A stretch of 64,000 nt of DNA from Eledone cirrhosa (Eukaryota): the NCBI GenBank assembly GCA_964016885.1, contig OZ024748.1, positions 15,314,001 to 15,378,000 on the forward strand, written 5' to 3'. Below are positions 54,858 through 64,000 of the stretch, in pieces. Each line of letters begins with the position of its first letter. The first letter of the stretch is position 1. The position numbers were made by a program, and so were the translations under genes. The notes under the pieces are model-generated. The model made no database searches. It saw only the letters and a program-made list of their open reading frames with translations, and was not told the DNA's origin.

Positions 54858-55562
54858 CGTAATAGTAATATACGTGAACGACAAAGCATAAACGAACTAA
54901 GGAAAAAATTAGAAATAAGAGGGATCAGATGTTGTTTACTAGAGAGAAGGCTACGTTGGTATGGTCACGTGATGCGCATGAAGGACGATAGCTGTATAAC
55001 AAAGTGCAGGGCAATAAAGATAGACGGTAGCCACGGAATAGGCAGACCCAGAAAAACCTGGGACGAGTTGATAAACTCCGACCTCACACACTTACACCTC
55101 ACCAAGACAATGTCACTGGACCGAGACCTTTGGCGGTACTCAGTAATAGAGAAGACCCGCCTTACCTAAATACAAAGTAAAACCTACTACAGTCAGTAGG
55201 CATCTCTAACAAAATACACCCCGTCCACCACCCCCACCCCATCCACACCGCCCCCTTCTATGTAAAGTTATGTTGGTGCCACACCATCCAGGCCGAAACA
55301 AATGAGATCGTGTAGGTGTCACGACAAAAAAACACACAGTCCACGCTGTAATGTGGCCGTGTAGGCAACACGGTAAAAACCTCCCAGACCCACACTGTAA
55401 ATGTGGTTGGTGTTAGGAAGGGCATCCAACTGTAGAAAACCTGCCAGACAGTCCTATGCGAGCAAGACAATCACTCTTGCCTCAAGTGGGAAAACCCCCG
55501 TCCAAACCCATGCAAGCGTGGAACACGGACGTTAAACGATGATGATGATGATGATGATGATA
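54858..55562 (+). mobile_element. Relatively young 5'-truncated RTE LINE (ORF C-terminus, 3' UTR, (GAT)n tail)
   Basis: Uninterrupted RERQSINELRKKLEIRGIRCCLLERRLRWYGHVMRMKDD...GRPRKTWDELI...DRDLWRYSVIEKTRLT* ending at 55169. Confidence 0.92.
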
Positions 55563-56317
55563 TACTTCACTTTATTTTTATAACAGGCTGAATGAGTTGG
55601 GGAGCATAACTCAACAAAACTTAAATACCTGTATATGTCACTGTTGTAACTAATTATAATTAGCTTGTCCTATGGACTGAGTGTTCTGACTATGGTTACA
55701 AATGGAAAGTACTGTCAACATGTAATGTGGTAGATTGAGATTATTTATACTAAGAGTTTGACTCATAAATTAAGCATTACAAACATATTTAAAAAACATA
55801 TTTACAGGCACTTGAAGACATTAGATTATTTATATCTACAAAACCACTGGTAATGCATAAATAGAACCATTAATATAAATATCCTACTTCCATATTGGGC
55901 TGATTGGTCCTTTCTTTCATACATACATATATATAGAGAGAGAATGGAAGTAATTTGAACAGTTAACATGAAAAGCATGGCAATTGCTCAACATTCATTC
56001 CAATATTTAACTGAGTAAATTTACAAACCACAGATGTTAAGTAAAATAATCAAAGACAAGAAAAAACTAATCCCTTGGAAATTTAGAGAACTGTTTGTAC
56101 CTAAACAATTATATTTCATCATTGAAAATCATTAAAGTTACTTGAAATTACAGGAAATATTTAGTTAGGGAAGTCTGTGAAACAGCAGATGTTTAAGCAG
56201 AATAACCAACAGAAGTATTTAATCTCTTGGTAATTCAGATAACTGTTTGAACTTAAACATTATATTTCATCAAATAAAATAGAGAGAAACGAATTGAGTA
56301 ATGTCTTAACATGCAAG

Positions 56318-56349
<32 letters not shown>

Positions 56350-56495
56350 GATAATATCTCCATAATATTACATCGAGATTGACCATACAGAATGACCAGT
56401 TCTATCCAGTGGTGAACTAACAAACCTAAATAGATAGATAGATATAGATATATACACATACCAGCATATACACATGCAAACACATATACTTGCAA

Positions 56496-56558
<63 letters not shown>

Positions 56559-56714
56559 AGTATATATACATGCAAACATGTATATACTTTATTTTACAAC
56601 TGTTTTCCATTGGCATGGATTGGATGGGTATTCAAAGTCCAAAAGTAAACAATGAGGACTACATCATGCTCATATGTTCTATTTTGAACAGGATTTCTGC
56701 AGCTGGATGCTGTT

Positions 56715-57065
56715 CCTATTGCCAAACACCTCACAGGGTGCATTGTGAGCATTTTATCATGGAACTGGCATCACTATTTTACACAGTATTCTTATTATGT
56801 TTTATTATGGCACCAGCACTACCACATTACAATGTACCAGGTGCATTTTATTGTGGAAATAACACTACAAATTTACAGAGTGTACTGAGTGCATTTTATC
56901 ATAGGCCCAACAGTACCACTTCATAGAATAAACTGGGGACATTTTATCATGGCACCAAAACTACAATTTTACAGAATGCACTGAGTGCATCTTATGTCAC
57001 CAACAGTACTACTTTACAAAATGAACTGGGTGCATTTGATTATGGCACCAGAACTGCCATTTTGC
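56715..57065 (-). repeat. ~47-bp minisatellite derived from an RTE 3' UTR unit
   Basis: Repeated ttacagagtgtactgagtgcattttatcatggcacca-like units following the reverse complement of the aggaagggcatccagctg motif. Confidence 0.75.
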
Positions 57066-57732
57066 ATAACACAAAAAATCACACAATAATTTGATAGACA
57101 GAAACTGTGGTAGAAATTCCTTGTAATATATGTGTCATATATGAATAAAATAAGTACCAGATAAATAAAATAGATACCAAAATATATGCTGAGGTTGATA
57201 TGATTGACTCAAATTCCTACAGGGCAGTGCTTCAGCATTGCCATACTCTAATGACTGAAACAAGTAAGAGACTAAAAGAAAAACCACATATTTCAACTTA
57301 ACTATATATACAAAAGTAAGCACCAATAAGCTTCCGATTTCCATATATATTTTATACCCACAATTTTCTCAATTACAAATCTTCACACTGACAATCAGCT
57401 TATATTTTCACAGAGTAATTCATGTGTGAGAATTAAATAAGTAATTTAAACTATTCTTCAACAGTTAAACATTATAAAACAGCATTACAAATGCAGGCAG
57501 ATACTTCATATACATATATTCAATCTCTATTGGCCATAAATAAATATATTTCTCATCTAATCATGTTAATCAGTAAAGATACTGCAAGTGTCAATTATTA
57601 AAAATGTCTTGTTAACAAACCACCTGTAACTGCCCCTAGTTCTACACTACAAAACTGCATATTCTCAAGTATTTTTATCTAAAGTGTATTTATCTAAAAA
57701 CCTTCCAATAAAGTTTTATAAAAAAAGCATTT

Positions 57733-58030
57733 CGGCAAATTAGCAGAGTCATTAGAACATTGGATAGAATTCTTTCCAGTATTCATTCTATCTCTTTGCT
57801 TTCCGAGTTCAAATCCCACCAAGGTCAACTTTGCTGTTTATCCATTTGAAGTCCATAAAAAAAGTACCAATCTAATATTGGGGGTGATTCTTTCTCTATA
57901 TCACTTTCTCACGTCTCTCTCATTGTCTCTATCCTTCTCTGGAAGAAAGAGGCTCCGCCAGGTTTTAAAGTTTCCCTAGATATATCGTATGTCAATACGC
58001 TGCCCCTACGACTCCTTCAGGAATTACAAG
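57733..58030 (+). mobile_element. Family A SINE long-tail variant nested in a piggyBac-like MITE (~57610-58137)
   Basis: gagttcaaatcccaccaaggtcaactttgc; the MITE resumes afterwards and ends gagggttaa. Confidence 0.7.
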
Positions 58031-59149
58031 ACTATGCATGCATAAAAGCCTTTAATAAGTAATGCTCAAACACCAGCTTACTAATATTTGATTATAGGCA
58101 GGATCTTTAATTAGAAATATGGTAATATGAGGGTTAAATAAATTATGTTAGAGTCTCTCTTCTATAGCAGGGCTTCTCAAAATGTGAGTCATGATGCTCC
58201 AGAGATTTGGTGGTGCTATGAAGAATTCTCTATATGTTAAATAATTTGGTCAAAACTATCTAGCTTTGGTCAGCATCCTACAATGTGATATCTCATAGGC
58301 CATCTCATGAATGTTTTAAAGACAGGGGGCTCCAGCCCTATCATATGTATTAGCTTAATATAAACTCATTAAAATCAATTGAGGTAGAAAAATAGAAGAT
58401 TTACCAAAAGAAGGTGACAAGCATGCATTAGAAATCCTACATATTTGACCAACATCTAAAGGAATCAAATAATAATAATTTTTTTAGAAGGCTAAAGTGA
58501 AGCAGACTGATCTTTTTTCTCTTTGAAGAGCCATCTTGAATTGGTGACAATTGCAGAGATAAATCTTAAAAAGAAATCTAGTAAATAGTTTAAGCATCAT
58601 TTGAAATGCAGTAGTTTTTTTTTTTTGTTTTTAGTTTTTTTGTTTTTTTTTTGTATTAAAAAATAAAATTATTATATTAAGTCCATGAAGATCAAGAAAA
58701 AATCTATACAAGTATTCTATCCATACATATATAAAATAAAAGTCAAGAGATACATTTTACTTTTGTTGTTGTGTTGATGGATTGCAATTTAATGAGATTA
58801 TTTTTTCTTGTCACTGGAGCTGTCTCCAACTTTGCCTTTTATGATCAATCAAAAAAAAAAGAGACAATTATCAGAAGACAAAATATATATATAAAAAACG
58901 ATTTGTAAAGAACTAGCAGATATGTTTTAAAAGAACTAGCAGATATGTTTTAAAAGAAAATAAACAATTTCTATATATAATTTTGTATATATATATATAC
59001 ATATACAAGTTTGTTTGTTTGTCTATAACATGATAGAAAAAAATGAAGAATGTTCTGATAATGAGAAATTGCTTGCAAACAAAGTATGGCGTGTAGGACA
59101 TAAATATAAAGACAGAGAAAAAATTAAAAACAAAAAGATAGATAGAAGC

Positions 59150-59450
59150 AGATGAGAGAGTGTGAGACAAATGAAGCTAGAGAGAGAGATGACTAGAGTG
59201 AAACTGAATGAAAGCATGACAGAAAGAGAGAGAGAGGGGTGACTAGAGAGAAGCTGAATGAAAGAGTGACAGAAAGAAAGAGAAAGATGGCTAGAGAGAA
59301 GCTAAATGAATGAGTGACAGAAAGAGAGTGGGAGAGAGAGAAAAAAAATGAGAGATAGAACTAGAGTGAGAGAAAGAGATAAAGAAAGTAGAGAAGAGAA
59401 AGGGAAGAAAGAAGAGAGAGGGAGGCAGAGATAGAGAAAGAGACCAGGAT
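59150..59450. repeat. Purine-rich (GA)n region with short tandem units
   Basis: ctagagagaagct.aatgaa.gagtgacagaaaga repeated. Confidence 0.8.
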
Positions 59451-60273
59451 GCAAAAATAAAGTGGCATTGTATAATATGTACTGTTCTGCGAAAAGAAAG
59501 AAAAAAGAGAGATGAGAAAAAACTAAAGCACAAACTTTTTGAAAAGTGAATAACAAGAAAAAGACCAATCTTTGAACTGCTACTTTAGATCACATAAAAC
59601 AACGACAACAAAAATCAATAAACCTGTTATGTATTGTGCTAGATACCATAGAGTTAGTCTTTTTTTTCTCTTTTTTGTGATGTCTTCAACTTGGTTGATG
59701 TCTTTAAGCTGTCCATACAAACTATTCAAAGAAATCCACATCAGAAAAATAGAAAATTGCTGATATAATAATGACAATATTTAGATAAGTTTACTGCCAC
59801 CATCATCACCCTCCTGCCAAAAGACAACAAAAACTAAAGAGCTCTACAGACAATAATTCTTCAAACTTGAGTTTTATCTAATACCTATATTATACCAATA
59901 CATGACATCCCACAAGGGAAATCAAAATACATAAGCTTACATGGTTAGATTTAAAATAATGCGTTCCCCTGTGACAAGATATTCCATGTTTTCAACACAA
60001 AATTGGATAAAAATAGAAATAAAAATAGAAATAAAAATTAAATAATTCATAAAACAAAATTCCAAGAAAATTGCCCTGTAATTTTATTGGTTGATTTTTT
60101 ACTTTTTTACTGAAATTAGTACATCAAAGGGTGTTACCATTGGACAATAAATTGGTAAGCATCAGTCTCTACTGACTAAAATTATGAAGTAGGATGATGG
60201 TTTGCTACACTGATACAGAGATAAGCTTGTCTATTATCTCTAAGCTAAGATTTCACATTGTGAGGCAGAATTT

Positions 60274-61490
<1,217 letters not shown>

Positions 61491-61847
61491 TAAATGTGTG
61501 AAGTAAATGCGTGGGTGAAAGTATGTGTGATGTATGACAAGTTGTTAAAAAGTGAAATTTCACACACATTCATATATACACATACATACACACTCACTGG
61601 TATGTGTGTATAATGTACACACATATGAAAAAGAAGAGAAAAAAAACACTAATGATAATAGATAACCATCCCAAAATAAATTTGTATACTTTCACATCTT
61701 TGCTAGACTGAGTTTGTTTACTGATAAAACCAAAGATATATTAACTCTGCCTCTGCCGCTGTTGACTGACTCAGTTGTAAATGTATTTAACACTTACATA
61801 GAAGAAACTACATCCCTTGTGGCAGCAACATTACTACTCAACAATTC

Positions 61848-62043
61848 GTAGGGGCGGTGGATTGGCAGTATCGGTAGAGGGTTGGACGCCATGCTCTGAC
61901 GCATAGATTTACGGCCGTTGCCATTCTGAGTTCAAATCCCGCCGAGGTTAACTTTGCCTTTCATCCTTACGGGGTCGATAAAATAAAGTACCAGTAATAC
62001 ACTGGGTAATTGATGGCCTTGTGCCAAAAGTAGAAACAATTAT
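61848..62043 (+). mobile_element. Intact family A tRNA-derived SINE with TSD
   Basis: A-box tggcagtatcgg, B-box gagttcaaatcc, core, (ATT)n tail; perfect 13-bp TSD tactcaacaattc at 61835-61847 and 62044-62056. Confidence 0.92.
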
Positions 62044-62429
62044 TACTCAACAATTCACATTATCATTATTTTTTTGGGTTTTAGTTTTAGTTTTAGTTAT
62101 ATATTTTACAAAACTTTAATAGCATCCTGTAAAATGTGACTTAACAGTTTCATGAATATATCCCTTCTTTGCCCACATATTCCTGACAATTTTGTTGGGG
62201 CAGAGTCCTCAAACACTCCTTCAAGCAGGTCCTGTCAGAAGCAACTATCTCTAACTGATCCAGACATGTTAGATCATGTAGTTCTAATGTAGTCATATGA
62301 AAATTTGACAAAAACCTATCAGTCTAAAGGACGGTGGATTGGCAGTATCAGTAGAGCATCAACTAACATGCTTTGCAGCATTTAGTTACAGCCCTTTACA
62401 TTCAAATCCTGCCAATGTTAGCTTTTCAT

Positions 62430-62630
62430 GGTGTGAAGCAGCTGGGTGTACATGACTCCCCTACTGGACAGGATGCTAGTCCATCACAAAGTTAAACCCC
62501 AGCTATTGCTGAGTATACTAGTCAAAGTGAAATGAAGTGTTTTGCTCAAGAACACAACACAACCCAGTCTAGGAATCAAACATTAAGGTCCTAAGTCCAA
62601 CACCCTTACTACTAGGCCACACAGCTCCAC
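62430..62630 (-). mobile_element. CORE-like SINE, family D, abutting a truncated family A head (62330-62428, +)
   Basis: gaaatgaagtgttttgctcaagaacacaac and ggacaggatgctagtccatcac. Confidence 0.65.
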
Positions 62631-63172
62631 ATACAGTAATCTATTATCAACATTTCTAAGTTTTCGTGGTCACATCTTTAGTATGTGAAGCATTACTAAC
62701 ATGTATAATTGCCTCATTTGTTGTAAGCAAACAGCATTTGTGCATGGACTTAATTGCTGGAATTATATATATATCACCATCATCATCCAGAAGTGGATGA
62801 CTCTCTGTATCAATTGGCATTCATATCAGCACTATATCGAGTTCTAAGACAGTTACAAGTCATGTCTTGAGTAAGCAGAATACTCCAATCATTTAATGTC
62901 TATTTTCCATAGATATGCAAATATATATATATATATATATATATGCATGTGTATGTGTGTGTGTGTATAGAAGTGCATGTGTTAGAAATGAAGAAATATA
63001 TTAATTTAAAGCTTGATATAGTAGAAAAAGAGTCAATGTTTCAGATACTAGTCCTTCATCAGAAGATAGAATGAGAAATAAAAGATGAAACTGAAAGATA
63101 AAGAGTGAGAAGAGAAAGGAACACAAAGAAAAATTGAGAAAAAAATACACATACGTATTCAGTCAGCAAGTT

Positions 63173-63286
63173 TAAATAGTGAGTCTTGTTATTCTGGAGT
63201 TTAACTGGGACTTCAGACAAGTGTTCATACCTGATGACCCTGTGAGCAAGAAGGTGAAACTCCAGAGTAACAAGAATCACTATTTA
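63173..63286. mobile_element. Fold-back element with two decayed hammerhead motifs
   Basis: 33-bp inverted arms; + strand CTGATGA..GAAA-CTC(CA)GAG-TA-acaag; - strand cttgt-CTGAAG..AAA-CTCCAGAA-TA-acaag. Confidence 0.6.
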
Positions 63287-63868
63287 GCCAAATGAATATT
63301 TAACTTCTACTTCAGTTTTTGAGTACTCTTTTCTCTTGTCTGTCAACTACATACAGATACACACACACATAAATGAATTCATATATCGATATACAAAATA
63401 TGAACTTGCTGTATATTTATCTAGCTTAGGTGTAGATTATTAACAACAGAATGTTTTGTTTTATAGACTGCTAGCAATTATTTTGTATTTTAATTAAAAT
63501 ATCTGGTAATATGATATATTATATGCCTTAAAACAATACATATTTGTGAAAGCTTTCAAAAAAACACAATATTATTAAATCTGAAAGATCATTTTAATAA
63601 TAATTCTGTTTATTTAGTGTTTTTTACAAATCTTTATTTTCAAGCTACATATTATAGCATTTGAAGTATCTTTGAATTTGAGAGAAATGAAAAATTTAAT
63701 TTTGAAAAATCTTCATAACTATAATGAAAATAAACTTCAGCTGAAGAAAAAATATATACACATGTGCATGTGTGTGTGTGTGTGTGTACATATATATATA
63801 TATATATATATACACATACACACATAAATGTGTGTATGTATGTATATATATATATATAAACAAATATG

Positions 63869-63902
<34 letters not shown>

Positions 63903-64000
63903 CACACACATACACACATACATTTGTATATACATACCTATATATATATATATATATATATATAGGCATATATACACATATACACATATGTGTATATTCA

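Overview
AT-rich, repeat-dense eukaryotic non-coding DNA (intronic or intergenic). The SINE families and microsatellite load resemble octopod cephalopod genomes; this is recalled similarity, not a database result. No host protein-coding exon can be supported. The long ORFs are translations of (TA)n/(CA)n/(GAT)n tracts or decayed transposon fragments. The window is a mosaic of tRNA-derived SINEs (at least 4 families), RTE-clade LINE fossils, one R4/Dong-like 3' end in a (TAA)n tract, hAT, piggyBac-like and Tc1/mariner MITEs, and mini/microsatellites. The most striking signal is a set of short fold-back elements, mostly beside (TA)n tracts, that carry type I hammerhead ribozyme motifs. The best is a 114-bp palindrome at 48573-48686 with a complete hammerhead on each strand. 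A second family has a minimal hammerhead at 39555-39592, and a third, decayed family lies at 63173-63286 and 20613-20690.
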